The notes: a model not told the origin generated them from the sequence alone. Positions 41,102-54,326 are shown, counted from the first letter of the whole stretch. The stretch is DNA of 63,999 nt, filler included, from Diploschistes diacapsis (GCA_023645945.1; 4 parts of 4 records of this genome joined end to end with filler, not necessarily neighbours in it), one strand, 5' to 3'. Translations and numbers: made by a program.

Positions 41102-43170
41102 ATGCTGTCTTGACTGCCCTCGCATGTCGTAACGTCTGAAGCAAGGACGAGAGAGGATTGTCAACGGCGGGCTAGCATGCTGTTGGGGGGTTTTCCCATA
41201 GCGGAGGGATCTCGAGCGTCTTGCACAATGCTAGTTTCTCTCTCCAAAGATCGAGATTCAGGAACCAAACTCTCAGCCCTTGGTCCGAAGAAGTACAAAC
41301 CTATGCTATTGAGTATTCGAATGTTGGGAGACCGAATCCGTTGGAGATGTATTTCAAGCTCGATGCTCTTCGAATCTCTCCCCTTGGCTTAGTTTCCGTG
41401 GAAGAATGATGCTAATCAGGTTCCGAAATCCGGCATATAAGCGCATACCAACAGCAGCATCAAGACTCGTTCATAAGCATTATCAGCTTCAAGCATAATT
41501 ACACTTTCCCTTCTCTAAACATAACATCTGGCATGCAACAACCAGCGGACCGTCAATGGCATCTAATCGCGCTGCACACCCACTCGTTTGCCAGATTCAT
41601 CAACCTTTGCACCCGATTGGATAGATCGTGCATACAGAGCACGACCCACTGCATCTGTTCTACAGTAGCGTTCGGCATGGCGTTTCAGGAGGGCGAGCAC
41701 TGAACATGCTATGACGCAAGGACTTTAACCTGCCAAATGGGAATACGGATTGGATAGACCCGAAACCACTTTGCATCGAGACTTTCTGCTTTTGAGGATG
41801 CTTGTTTGGGGTTGGGGGGGGGAGGACTTAGATGGGCGTTTTGGTACAATGCATGGTTTTGGTTTTTCGGTTGGGTGAATGAGCTATGTGTGCTTTGTGT
41901 ACCGTGTGCGGAAGACCCTACTAGGTCAGTAAAAATGAATACCCACATTAGGGCTTCACGGACGAACTCGGCGGTTTCGATGTCTAACTTAACTATATAC
42001 TCCAATGGTTTTTGCCGTCCTCTGTGCTTGATATTGATGTACGTTTCGAGCGAATAGAAAGTTCAGCAAACCTTGACTACAACAAGCTCCTATTATTAGG
42101 CTGCACAAGGTGTGTGTGTAGGTGCAGACTAGAAGGGAGGGCACTAACCCTCACTTCGTTCTCGATCCAAGCTCGCCAATCTAGGACGGGATGGCACAGG
42201 TCAAAAGTAGGATGGATAAGATGATGCATGGATGCTGCTGCAACTTTGTTTCACTGAAGTATATATATGTGCGCGTGCATCTGTTTGAAAAGGCAAAGCA
42301 AATGTTTCGTGGTGATTGATTAGGCCACTGCGTCCGTCTACTTGCAAGTGTGTTCCGTATACGACTGGCTGGTGCGAACGCGCACTTCCCGGCTTGGATG
42401 GTGTGGTGCAGCAGGCACGTTGAGCTGAGCTCAGAGGCGCTCCAACGAGGTAGTTTTCTCCTGCTTGCCCCGTCGTGCCTTTATTTACACCTTCTGTAGT
42501 TCGCCGCTGCCGAAGCTCGCCATTATCACGCCTCCTGATAGACCATCCTCCAAACGCCAGCAGACCACGAGGCAGGTTCCATGGTAATCCGCATTAAGCT
42601 CGTAGCTGTCATTATAAGTAAAGGAGTCCCCTGGTAACACAAATCCTTCAGAAAATGCCAAAGCAGAGGTAGAACAAGCATAAGTTAGACGACAAACAGA
42701 AAAAGCCAATCGGGAAGAAAAACTCAGTTGCGCACTTCTGGCGGCCTTAAGCACAGCCAGACGCGGTGATATCACTTATAATGTTTGCAAGCCGTAACCC
42801 AAAATCCATAACAGGTGGTGATGGAAGAATTTGCCTTCTTCTGCGCCCCATCTGCAGCTGTTCTGTACCCCTTCCTTCCGCTATTGGCCATGTTATCAAT
42901 CCCCGTTACCTATACATAAGCGTGAAGAAGGACATGTACATTGATTGACCTTCTTAAAGATGAGAACAATAGGAGAACATAAGTTGTTTTCAAAGAAAGG
43001 TGTATGAATGTCATTGAATCGGTTCGTCGGAAGCCATGAGTTGCAAAGAAGTGAAGCTTCAGATAGACCCCTGGAAGGTTATATATACCATTGTGTTGGT
43101 GGGCCGCCAATCTTCCTTAGGCCGAGGGGAAAAACCAAAAAAGTCGACCGTCGCAAACATAAGAAGCCCC

Positions 43171-45900
43171 TTACAAGCTCATAGTGAGCCATTCCCATTC
43201 TTGAGTCCCGGCGGCAGCTCCCGCACCAAGAGCATGATTACAGTTGCTGATAATGCCGGTGCCCTGAAGACCCGCATGGCGGAAGTCAGGTTGTGCAACG
43301 ACACTGGTAGATTCGGAGCCCTTCCTTCCATGTGTAGTCGCGCGTGAGCTCTGGCCGTTGGTGTCCTCAGCATCTGCCATTTCGGATTCTTGGGAAACGC
43401 CAGGGTTGGGTTTGGATTGTCTTCGTTGACGCTTAGGTGCGACAGCGATCGTCGAGCGGGTGGGCGCGGTGCCGGCAAGATTGGTGCTTGAAGCCTTTGG
43501 TGGTGCCGCAGCTATTGGAATGTTTCCTGTCTTCGAGGTTCCCGAGCTATAGTTCGTAGGCGTGCTTCCAGCGGTTGAGTTCTCGTTGGTCGAACCTTGC
43601 ACAGAGCCGGGAGACTCGGATTCATTTGCAGGCTTGCAGGATGGTGGAGTGGGAGCAGTTGCAACCGTCTGGCCTGTAGAGTTCTTGCGGGCAGCGGACT
43701 TCTTGCCCGAGCGCGTATTTGTAGTAGTTGGTACCGACGTACCACTGCCCCGATTCCTTTTCTTGATAACGTCCGTTTTTAAAGATAGGGGTCTGACGAC
43801 GCCGTGGAGCTTCAGAAAGAGTCCGCAGGCATTACACAGTGGCTGACCCTCAGGATTCCTGCGCCAGAGTGGAGTAGTCTGCGTAGAGCAGTTCGTACAG
43901 GTCGTTGAGACACTCCCGTCTCCGTTCCTGGAGCCAGCAGGACTACTCGGTCGTGAAGGGACAACGCTGCTTAGCCCAGACTCTGCTGGAGAGTTTGGTG
44001 ACGGCTGAGACCCTGAGACGCCGGAAGCTTGTTGAGCAAGGTTCAGGGTGTTGGGGGTTGAAGCCGTGCGTGGTATTTTCTGTTGGCGGGGGTCCGTGCT
44101 TCGATTTCGCACGTCGCTTACCGAAACAGAGGAACCATGCCTCCGATCCATTCCGCCTGACTGGCTCCAGTTTGGAGGCGAATGGACTGTATCAGTGCTG
44201 CCAATTGTCACCTGCTTTCGCAGCCCTCCCTGGCCGTACCTCACGCCCATGTTGTTGAATTGCCCTGTCAAACCAGTATCCCATTGCATACTGTTTGGAT
44301 CAACCGTGAGATCTTTCACGCTTTGGTAATCCGACCGCATGATTATGCCCTGATCGGCGAGGGAGACAAGGTCCTCATCTTCGTTATCCGAGTCTCCACC
44401 AAACGTAAACATCTGATCCGTTCGCGTAGCTGGCAATGGTGTGGTCTGAGAATTGGTGAAAGCAGGGTTCAAGACTCGAGATGGGTCTATATGCTGCTGA
44501 TTCGCAAATGATCGAGATTCGTAGCTTACCATGGGTGCGCTGGTCACGGCGTTGAACATTGAGCCTTCATTCGGATTGAAACTGTAGTTTGATTGGACAA
44601 CACTCGACTGATTTGAAGGACGGTTGACCGGGTAAGGTGCACTTCTGTGATGCCTCATATCGATGGGTTTGCTACGATCAAAATACATCTCATCCATGGT
44701 CTGGGCAGGCTGCGGTGTGGATGCATTCGAAGGGTAGGCAGACCCCGGGAGAGAATAGTAATCAGTGCCGCTCATTGACGGGCCAAAGGACGAATTATGG
44801 TACTGAGAGAATGGGCCGTGATTGACCAGTGGCGAGCCTGTTGGGGAGAAGCTGAAATTCGATTGGAAAGGTCCCGCAGAGTGTAGGATGGGATCGTCTT
44901 GTTGATTGTAAGAGCCAATATTGTATGGCAAAGTTGGGTGCGAAGTGCTATGGTTGGGAAAGCCGTTGCTGAGCGTCGCCCCGGAGTAATCAAGACTATA
45001 ATTGTTGAGACTTGTCTCTGCATCTGGCTCATTGGGTATCGAAATACTACCGACGGCAGGAACTTGAGGCGAGGATTCTGCAGGACGCTTTCGAGTCTAA
45101 TCGATATCAGCCAAGCCCTGGGGGAAGCAGCGTCAGGTAAACGTACCCTTCCTTCGTCTACACTCGTTTTTCTGATGTGTCTCTGCACATAGCCGAATTC
45201 CCTTTGCCGACTTCTCTCAAGGTTGATGCCTGGCGCGGACGCAAGAAATGGATGCTGTGGCTCTTGCGACTTTCTCGCTTTGATCGGAATGGAGGTTGGG
45301 ACAGCAGGATGGCCGGGGGTAAAGAAAGGAACAGGGGCTGGGGAAGGTGATGCCTCTGAGGGCGTAGCAATCGAGGTCGGGAATATAAGATCGTCAAGAT
45401 TCATCGCATCTAATTGATGGGTCTCAGGGGAGGCAGCAGCTGACTGTCGCAACTGCGCGATGCCAGAAGGCGCTGGGCTGGGTGTCTGAGACGTCGGTCC
45501 TGCTGAATGACAACTGCTAGGGAATCAGTTTCCGCTGCTGTACTCGAGGCAAGCCCAATCGTACCGCGCCGAATCTTCGCGTTCCTTTCGCTTTAGATTC
45601 ATGGCCATCATCCTCCATGTCAGGTTTTCCACGCGCTCCTGGTTTGGGAGTGACTTCTTTGTCCTGCTGTAAAGTCGCCATATCTGCATGGAGAGGGGAT
45701 CCTTCTCCTGCATCTTGTCGGGATCGTCGAGGTCGTCGCCGGTGGCATCATCTCTCCAGGTGGGGAATATTGCTTCGTGAAGAACCCCCTCACGAACCAC
45801 GTCGTTCTCGCCCAGTGAATCCAGTTTGACAACCTTTTGCGTGAAGAACACAAAGGTCGGTGGTCTAGACGAGTCTACAAAAAGAGGGCCTGAGGGTGGT
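43171..45900 (-). CDS. areA: Nitrogen regulatory GATA factor AreA/NIT2; 5' end uncertain
   Basis: GATA finger [34 protein letters not shown]-terminal [10 protein letters not shown]-terminal [26 protein letters not shown], and [16 protein letters not shown]. Start codon not identified. Confidence 0.93.
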
Positions 45901-46356
45901 GAAGGACCGCAGGCCGGGAAGACTGTGGGGAAGAGGCACAAAAATAATGCATCACCGCAGCTACTACGGCACAAAGCAGCTGACGAGGGGGGGAATGGGA
46001 ATGGGAATGAAGACTAATCGAGCAAAACTCGCCGTTCGAAGACGAAGAGTCAGAGTTCGTGTCTTGGTCTTGGGGGAGGCATAATGGGGTTCACGGCTTT
46101 GAGGAGCGAGGGGGAGTTCCCCCCCACGCGATTTCTGCGCCTTTAGTTGCTAGCTCCTTCCCACCAATTATGGGGGTACAAGCGGATAAAGTCGCCTCTT
46201 CAAAAACTGCTGAGATCGACTACATAAAGGGATCCTCCTTGTGCCTTTGTAGCCTCTATGCCCGGGCATGACTTTCAAGAAATACTACCTCCGGAAGTAG
46301 GTTCAAAGAGCTGTTGGGAGAAACTTCAAGGGGGCAAATGCGTGGTGCGCAAATTG

Positions 46357-46408
46357 GGTGGTGGTGGTGGTGGTAGTGGTGGTGGTGATGGTGGTGGTGA
46401 TGGTGGTA
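46357..46408. repeat. (GGT)n imperfect trinucleotide repeat upstream of areA
   Basis: About 17 GGT/AGT/GAT units. Confidence 0.85.
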
Positions 46409-48146
46409 GGCCGAAAGGCCATGGAGCCCTCACCACCATCAACGGTGCGGAAAGCCTCTTTGGTGGGCGGAGTAGTCAATAAGAATGATACAAACATTGG
46501 ATGCTCCCAGTTGCTAAGTAGCACTTGCTGCGAATCTGAATTAGATCAATATTAATGTTATACGGTCAAACGATTACGACGGTTTTCACTGTAAAGCTTC
46601 CTTCCACATTCAAAAGTATTTACTCCCCATATAAGTAGTACCTACCATACATAAAGCCCTCTACCAGCAAGCTTTTAGCAGACGTCAAAACGTAGGTGCA
46701 GCCTGTTACTGTTAATCATTTAATGCTCTCGACGGCCTAATCCGATAGTGTCTTTTTACGTAGTAGAAATATGTCCAACTCTAGTCTCAAAGCACGATGT
46801 GTCTGCGCCATGCCATACCGGTGGGCTTGAGGGGATCATGTTGCGGCCTTCCCTTAGGTAGTATGGACTAGTATCCTCTCAGGCTAGTAGTCCTCTCAGG
46901 CTACAAGCTAGGAACTTTTACATCGTCGAAGAACAGGGTAGCCGCCCTAAGCACCGTGTCTTAAGTTTTAGTTTCGCTAACCACGACTCACCTCAATTCG
47001 GGCTTTCAGTTTGAATCCGTCTCAGTTTGGTACCTGAATACAAGGGTTGATAGCACGTGACCTCGGTCTTGGGATGGTTTCTAATAATCCCAACAATCCT
47101 AAAGCTGGTTGCGACTATTAAATGGTATTTACAGTAGCCGTGAGGCTCGAGGCTTGAGTGAAACAAGGATATGCTTAACAGAATCGGAACACAGACGCAA
47201 AATCCTTAAACATGAAGGAATTGCGATTGTTGCCAAGCTTTATATCTACCAGACCCTCTTCTTTAATCTTGTGCTCCCAGGTGAATGAATATCCTGCCTC
47301 TCACACCCGGTATATCCCGATGCGAAGGGTGCAATGGAGATGGTAACCATGAAAAGGGCTTCTTATTTCCGTGGTACAACAGCGACCAGATATGCGACTT
47401 GAAAAGGGGTGTCGAGCTGACAGCCGCACCGGTCGTGGACACGTTTCCGATCTCGATATTGTAAGAGCAGTCCTTGAATGTTTTTGTGTGGTCGATTAAG
47501 AGACACAACAACCTAGCCTTCTGGAAAGAGAATTTTGGACCTGAGTTCTCAGCTGCAAAGTTGCAGGGCAAAGCTTTTCGGTTGCAATAGCCAGAGCAGA
47601 GGCCGATCACATGCAGACAAGCATGCTGTCAGCGCTATCCTCTTTATCCACAAAGCAAGTTTCCAACAAAGCTGCAGTGACTCGAAAAGGAAAGAGCACC
47701 TTTAGCCTCGGATGAAGAAGGCACGGAGAGTGCATGCCCTGAGGAGGAATTTTTGACAACCTCACTCGTGCGTTTAATTTGACGATCAAAATCAAACGGC
47801 ACATACAAAGGAAAACCTTTGTGACATATTGAACATGCAGTATGAACGAAATCAAGTAGTCTTGATTGAAACACAAGCCTTTCTCCCCACTGGATTTGAC
47901 GACACAAGCTTGGCATTTGTAAAAGCAAGCAACACTCCCAAACACTGATGAATCATTAAGATGGAGCGGGGCAGTAGCGGCATTGACGAGATTAGAGAGA
48001 ACGGCCGAATTTGCTCCGACAAACAAGCTTGAATTGACAGGCTAAAGAATCGACAAGGTTCGTGGTGGAATTGTAAACTTTGGCCTGGTTGGCTGCATCC
48101 CCCCCACACTAAGCTTGGGCCATGGCCCATGGCTTCCCCCCCATGG

Positions 48147-48246
48147 NNNNNNNNNNNNNNNNNNNNNNNNNNNNNNNNNNNNNNNNNNNNTTAATTAATT
48201 AANNNNNNNNNNNNNNNNNNNNNNNNNNNNNNNNNNNNNNNNNNNN
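48147..48246. other. Artificial contig spacer (44 N + TTAATTAATTAA + 44 N)
   Basis: Same structure as the other two spacers. Confidence 0.97.
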
Positions 48247-49946
48247 GGGGGATCTGGCGGTGTGGATAACGGGGGGGGGTCGAAGGACAACGGGAGGAGA
48301 GGCCCGGTTACCTGGCTGGTGCCCGCAAATGCCGGAACATCGGTGTGTGCACGGTAGGGGGATCTGTATTGTGCTCAGGGTCCCGAAAGCTCATGCCCGG
48401 CGACGGTGGGGGACGCCCCGGAGCCCGAGTCCTGAGGCGATGGATATCGCTCGTGGGAAAAAAAAAAAAAAGAAAAAGACCGGAGCTGGAAGGCCCGAGA
48501 CCGAAGCTCGTAGATTTCGAATCCGGGAACTTGTGACGTTGCCGCCCGCCGGAGCCCGGGGAACTGTTGTTGGGCCGCTCCCACCACCGCCCGTCGCGCT
48601 GTTGTTGTGGTTTCCCCGCCTCCGCCTGCTGGTGAAGATTCCGTTGCTACAGGCGCCAATTGGGATAGGATCGCGGTGGTGGGCACTGGCGGCTTGTGGA
48701 TTGTCGGCCGCAGCGCTGACATGAGAATATGAGAGAGGGGGAGTTATGTGGAGGTCCATACCATCGGCCATCTGAAAGCAAGACTGGGACAAAGTTGGAT
48801 TGGCCGACATTGACCGATTTGGCCGCACAAGGTGTCCGAATAGAGAATAGAACAAGAGATTCGCAGTGCCCCCCGAACCGGACGGGTGCGTGACAACCAC
48901 CGCTCCTTCGCCGCCATGCGTGACGAGGCAAACGGAGAGCGGGAAACTGACCGTGGGGTTCGGTCTGCTTGCATGGGCGCGGTCGAAGTCATATATCCCG
49001 GGGGTCTGAAATGTAACAAGATTGGAAGAACAAGATAGCCGAGCAAGTAATCAAAGGCAAGCAACATCGGAACCGTTCGAAAAGTACGAGAGGAATCAGA
49101 GGACACATGGCGAAACGGATGAACCGCGATCGATGAAGAACCGATGACTAGTGGAGAGGAAGTACCCATAGCTAAGTAGCAAGCGGACTCCAGGCGGGAA
49201 CAGACTGCAGCCAGCACAGCACGCGAGTACGAAATATTTGTTTCCTGGGCCATCGTCGTGCATGTCCAGCCAGCTTTGCCGATGCTCTCGAGGTCGGAAA
49301 CCCAGCGCATGCCACCTAGATAGGCATCGCTATGTGCTCGGACAGACTACAGCCGCGATGGGTGCTTCGGCCATGCTCGAACTCTCAAGACAGCTCCACT
49401 GATATCGATACCATGCAGAACAGAAAGGGAATTCACATGTGAACTGGTCATGAGTTTGGATAGCCAAGATTCGGGAGAGAGACGAAGAGGACTGACGAGG
49501 TGCACGAATGTGTGACGATGCAGGAGGCTTGGGGCTTGGTTAGGATAAGATGTAGTGCAGCACAAGTGAAACAACCATCGTAGAGGTTCCACTGAAAGAG
49601 TGCCCTGCGTTGCGTGGTATTGCGGGTGAGTCATCTTTGCATTTCATCCGCAATGCTGATACACTATTCTCGACGCTTCCTTTCCCTAAACAATATCTTT
49701 TCTGCAGGATCAGGAATGTTTGCATCGGCAACACGAATGCTCCGCGGCCCATGCCTACCATCCAGTGATTTTGAAATCATAATGCAAGAGAAGGTGAGCC
49801 AGGATGATCTTGCTCTGAGCGTCTGCGTCGAAGTGTCCTGGGCAAGCGAATCTCCCATGTCCGAACATCAGGCATTCCCAGACTGGTTGTGAAGCTATAT
49901 ATATACAAGGCCTTTGTTTTGTTCAAAGCAACTCATTAGATACTGA

Positions 49947-51369
49947 TTAGCCACGTCTTGAGTCCGATTGCAGGATCTCTGAAGACACCATGATTCCTTT
50001 CTGGCTCAAGCCTGTTCGTGATGTTGATGTACCAGCCAGTGGCTGACTGCCGACGTGAACGTCACAAGTACCGTGTGTATCATAGAAATTCGCTCCCACG
50101 TTTGTGTCGAAGTTTCCTTTCATATTACTGCCTAGAGAGAATTGATTCGGAGTACGACCATCAGTACTGCTGCTCAGTTTAATGCCCTTCGTAAAGCATA
50201 AAGATAGAAAGCCCTGTACTCTGTCCACGAAGCCTCCCATGGACTGCCGCGCGAAAAGTGGACGAAACATCGGGAGACAGGCACAGACTGTACCAAGCGA
50301 GGTCTCGATAAAAGACCAGTACATCGTGGGGGCAGCATAGTCTGGACTTCTGTGAGTTGGTATGATTGTGAGCGAAGGCATTGGGGCTTACAAGTGATGT
50401 CCGAAAGTGGTGCTTTTCCCATTTCGAAAAAGAACGCTGTTCTAGTGATACCGGTTCCAATGACTCTATCGAGGGATCCAGGTTAATACTATGTGCAGGA
50501 ATCTAGAACGATGAAGATGCGGGGAAATACTTACATAGCGCCTGAAAGAAAGACCAAAATTACTTCAGCTTTCTGCCTGGTCGCCATCTGTAGCTTCAGT
50601 ACCGCCGGAATGGGCATAGCCAGAACCAGCGTGTCCGTAAGTACGTCCGAAATGGCGTATGCTTCCCATAATATTATTTTGTTCACGCTCGTCGCGGATG
50701 GAATTGTAGGGTCCCATACGGCGGCAATTGGCGTAGATTGGAAGACGAATGCAAAGAAAAAGGCTCCGTGCCAAACCAGTACGATGGTGCTCACGATCCA
50801 GGATGCACGCTTGAATGAAGCATTGACGAAGATCCGACGGTAGAGAAGAATCAAGGATAGTTTCGCGCAGACAATAGCCAATTGCGCCAAGATTTCAAAC
50901 GCATATTCAACCTAGAATAGAACAGAAGTAGAACAGTTAGCTGATTAACTATCGGAGAAGCTGGGGGAACGATATCATACTTGAGAGAAACGGACTAACT
51001 GGTCCAATTGGTCTGGAATTTCTGGGCTCTTGGTGTATGTTAGGTGCTGCCCCAAGTTCCCCGTGAGCGCCGCTATGAAGTATCAGAACATGATGAGAAT
51101 GAGAAAAATCCCAAGAAGCGCGACAGACCAATTACTTGGCATACTCCGGTCCCAATGGTGAACAGCTTTATATCCGTCAGGTGAAGACTTCTTAGCTATA
51201 TCTGGCATCGACTTGGGCATACCAGAGCTGGCAGGATCATATAATCGTCGGACGCTAGCCTTGCCTTTTTTATGGCCTTGGCCCAGAAGCGAAAAGCAAC
51301 GGCAACGATGGGCAGAAGCATGAAAACAGCAGCCAGGGCCACAATGTAAAGACTCTGGCTTTCAGCCAT
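49947..51369 (-). CDS. PTH11-like (fungal rhodopsin-domain) integral membrane protein, multi-intron
   Basis: VAVAFRFWAK…LASDDYMILPAL, AKLSLILLYRRIF, SDVLTDTLVLAMPIPAVLKLQM…QKAEVILVFLSG, and WSFIETSLGTVCACLPMFRPLF. No CFEM domain seen. Confidence 0.88.
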
Positions 51370-51956
51370 CGCAAATGCTGTGGAAAAGGAGATGTATAAT
51401 GCGGGATAAGTAGAAATGCGACCAGGAGCTATATATATATATATATATATATAGATTGGGGAAGTGTAATTCCTTCCTCTTCCTCTTCCACTTCCACTGC
51501 CCATTGTCAAGCTGCGAAGATTGTTTTGGAACTTTGACTAGCTAGCCGTTTGCGTACGACTTTTGGCCAATGCCACCACTAAACAAGTGTACTAAAAGCA
51601 GAAAGCTCGGATAATTGGCCAGCCACGAAGGACTGCATACCACCGTTGGAAGGCTTAGGCTTGGTGCCGACCTGGATCATAGCTTTTGCAAGGGTGCATA
51701 GGGATCGGCCACAGAGATCAGGACTGAGCAGTTGGAGATGGGTATTGACTACGCTTCGGCAGCTCCGAGGTTCCATACCACATGCAGTTACAAAGGCGGT
51801 CAGCTCTAGCTGAGACGCAGCGATGCAACGAGAGGCAAAACCACTTTATCGACCATATGATGGGCAAGGGCTTGCATCGCTTCCCTAGTCACTTCTCAAA
51901 TCGCCTTCATCATAACCTATCTTTGTACAAACAGAGCCGTCCACTAACGCACGACC

Positions 51957-53041
51957 ATGGCATCGAACAGTGGATCATACCCGTTGTCCCGCGGATACAA
52001 AGCCTCTGCAAGGTTCGATCTGATGGAGAATCTTTTCATGCAGATTCAGTCTAATCTACCGCAGGCTGAACTTGCAGCATTTCCTCCACGTCAAAGATAC
52101 TGGATATATTCTACACCCCGCGGTTTCATTGCCTTCCGAAAGCGTAAGGGTTGCCGACATTGGTACCGGAACTGGGTATTCCGCCCCAAACTCGTTTGTA
52201 GTTCAAGCAGCTGATGCTCAACAGCATTTGGCTCATTGATCTGCAAAGCCATCTTCCAAGTTCTGCATTGCTGGATGGATTCGATGTCAGCTCCCTTCAG
52301 TTTCCGCCGAAGGAGTGGCTCCCGCCGAACGTTTCTTTAAAGCTGTTGAACATCCTTGAAGAAGTTCCTGAGCATCTTCACGGCAAGTATGATGTGGTGA
52401 ACATTAGGTATTTTTGTTGCGTGGTAAAGGATAACGACCCCGGGCTGGTTATCAAGAACGTTCTGAAGATGCTGAGTATATCAAGATCTTCACTATATTA
52501 TCCTCAAGTTTCCGAGATATGTATTTCATTCGTTGAAAATTGAAGATGAGCTATGTGCAATTACTGACCATGATTTTAGAGCCTGGAGGTTATTTACAGT
52601 GGTCCGAGCAAGACTATACCTCGCAACAGGTTGTGACGGCGAGTCCAGATATCACGAAAAGCCCATTTGTTTCCTTGAAGGATGAGCTTGAAGCACGAAG
52701 CAAAACCACGGTTGGGAGATTCAAGTAAGCAGCTCCCAAAGTCCCACTATTGCAACCCTAGGATTTCTCTTGACTTGAGTAATAGCTGGATATCCAAACT
52801 CGATCAATCCTTTGATGATTACGGATTGATCGATGCTTTTGTCGCTCGCAGTCCGGAAAAGACCGAGTTCTACTCATTCTGGCAACACACATACATGATG
52901 GTCTTGGAGGAGATGAGCTATAGCGTGAACGAGGGAGACACCGTGAGAGATTTGCTCCAAAAGACGCAAACGCAGACTCCAGAAGGAGTATTCTGGCGCA
53001 GGGGCCACCTTACCTTCGTTGGGAAGAAGCCCAGTGTTTGA
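51957..53041 (+). CDS. Class I SAM-dependent methyltransferase (GliN/SirN-like secondary-metabolism type), 4 introns
   Basis: YPLSRGYKASAR|LNLQH…GYILHP…RVADIGTGTG|IWL…LDGFDVS…YDVVNIR…PGGYLQWSE. Confidence 0.88.
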
Positions 53042-53335
53042 CAGGCCCTTGCTGTACCGCTGACTCAAGCGAGCCGATAGAACTGCAAGAGCAGTGGTCG
53101 ATTGAATGGGATACTGGACCAAAAAAGAGGCGTGCTTTTTACAATGGATATAGTCCTATAGATCCCATCATGTTACCATTGTAATTTTGGTATGATTGCT
53201 GCTATTGATTTTCTCCTGAAGCGGTGCCTCGAATAGGAATATATTTAGATTGCTGTATACTAGCCAATGTCAAGCGCTTGGCCTCCCATGGCTTGAGGTC
53301 TCCGACATCTTGTGGTTCTGGTCGATATGGACCAT

Positions 53336-53669
53336 TCAGGCTTTGTGGTCCTCCACAGGCCATGCTGCATACGCAGCTTCATCCTGATCAACTCGTTTGT
53401 GAACAGACCGTTTGTGATCCTCTACCGGCCATGCCGCGTACGCAGCTTCGTCCTGGTCAACCCGCTTTCGGATGGACCTCTTGTGGTCCTCTACCGGCCA
53501 TGCCGCGTATGCCGCTTCGTCCTGGTCGACTCTCTCATGGACCTCTATGCTCTGTTGGCCGACCGATACATATATCTAGTTGGCACAGGGGCTTACCACG
53601 GCCCGTTATGACGGGTGCTGCCAACAAGCCTCCCATGAAGAGTGGGAGAAGGTAGATGGTGGACCGCAT
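53336..53669 (-). CDS. Kex2-processed repeat protein; putative dikaritin RiPP precursor (93 aa; exons 53669-53597 and 53544-53336)
   Basis: Manual translation: MRSTIYLLPLFMGGLLAAPVITGR|EVHER-VDQDEAAYAAWPVEDH-KRSIRKR-VDQDEAAYAAWPVEDH-KRSVHKR-VDQDEAAYAAWPVEDH-KA*. It has a signal peptide, a 52-nt GTAAGC…TAG intron, a 69-nt repeat period and flanking DUF3328 genes. Confidence 0.9.
53342..53530 (-). repeat. Three 69-bp-period coding tandem repeats of the precursor
   Basis: Matching anchors on the + strand at 53344, 53413 and 53482. Confidence 0.95.
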
Positions 53670-54283
53670 ATCTGATAAAGGCTTGCGTTTCGAAGGGCAC
53701 CACCGTTGAAGCTCAGAATACTAGTAGGTGAAAGCTGGGGTCAAATTCTCCGAGGGACCTCTCCAAAACGGCCTGATGTGAAATACAATGTAGCTCTCGA
53801 GACCCAAACCTGAGATGCATAACTCATGCCAGGCAGGCTCTTATCAGGAGAATCAAGGACATAGCAGCAGAATGTTGCGCCGCCGCCGTGGCTCGGCTGC
53901 AGCTCGTTCTGGGCATGATAACAAGCTTGAGAAGGATGGAAACCATTGGGTATTGATGGCTTGCAGGTCGGAACTGCAGGAAGCAGACAGTGAGGGGGAA
54001 AAAAGCAGATTCTTGCAGTAAGTCGCAGGGGCACCAGAGCTCAGTTTGGTAAAAAGTTGCGAGATGCTACTTCCCGTGCCTCGAAAGAACCATCCTGCCT
54101 CAATTGCAGACTTGATACGTTGCATGATACATGCGTTAAATGTATGCCCATGCAGAAGGATTCCCCATGACCCTTCGCTTCCGGCTCGGTCGAGCGGGTA
54201 CATACATAACGGTGAATTGCGCAACAAAACAGGCTCAGAAGTATAATAATATCTTATAAGCGAAGGTATAGTGGAAAGCAACT

Positions 54284-54326
54284 TGAAGAAGAAGAAGAAG
54301 AAGAAGATGATGATGATGATGATGAC
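54284..54326. repeat. (GAA)n(GAT)n compound microsatellite in the precursor/DUF3328 divergent intergenic region
   Basis: Read directly from the sequence. Confidence 0.85.

Noticed and set aside
48260..49310. ORFs at the start of contig 4
   Set aside because: Low-complexity with no domain. It may be the 5' end of a truncated minus-strand gene (MADGMDLHITPP…), but that is unsupported.
53224..53655. Plus-strand ORFs with repeats (CGPLPAMPR…, VVLYRPCRV…)
   Set aside because: These are antisense shadows of the precursor. Repeat differences are non-synonymous in these frames but synonymous on the minus strand.
53336..53669. Alpha-factor-like pheromone precursor, or CRISPR-like array
   Set aside because: It lacks the Cys/GQPCW-type pheromone motif and XA/XP dipeptide spacer runs, and it sits beside DUF3328 genes. 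The repeats are contiguous and coding, with no unique spacers or cas genes.
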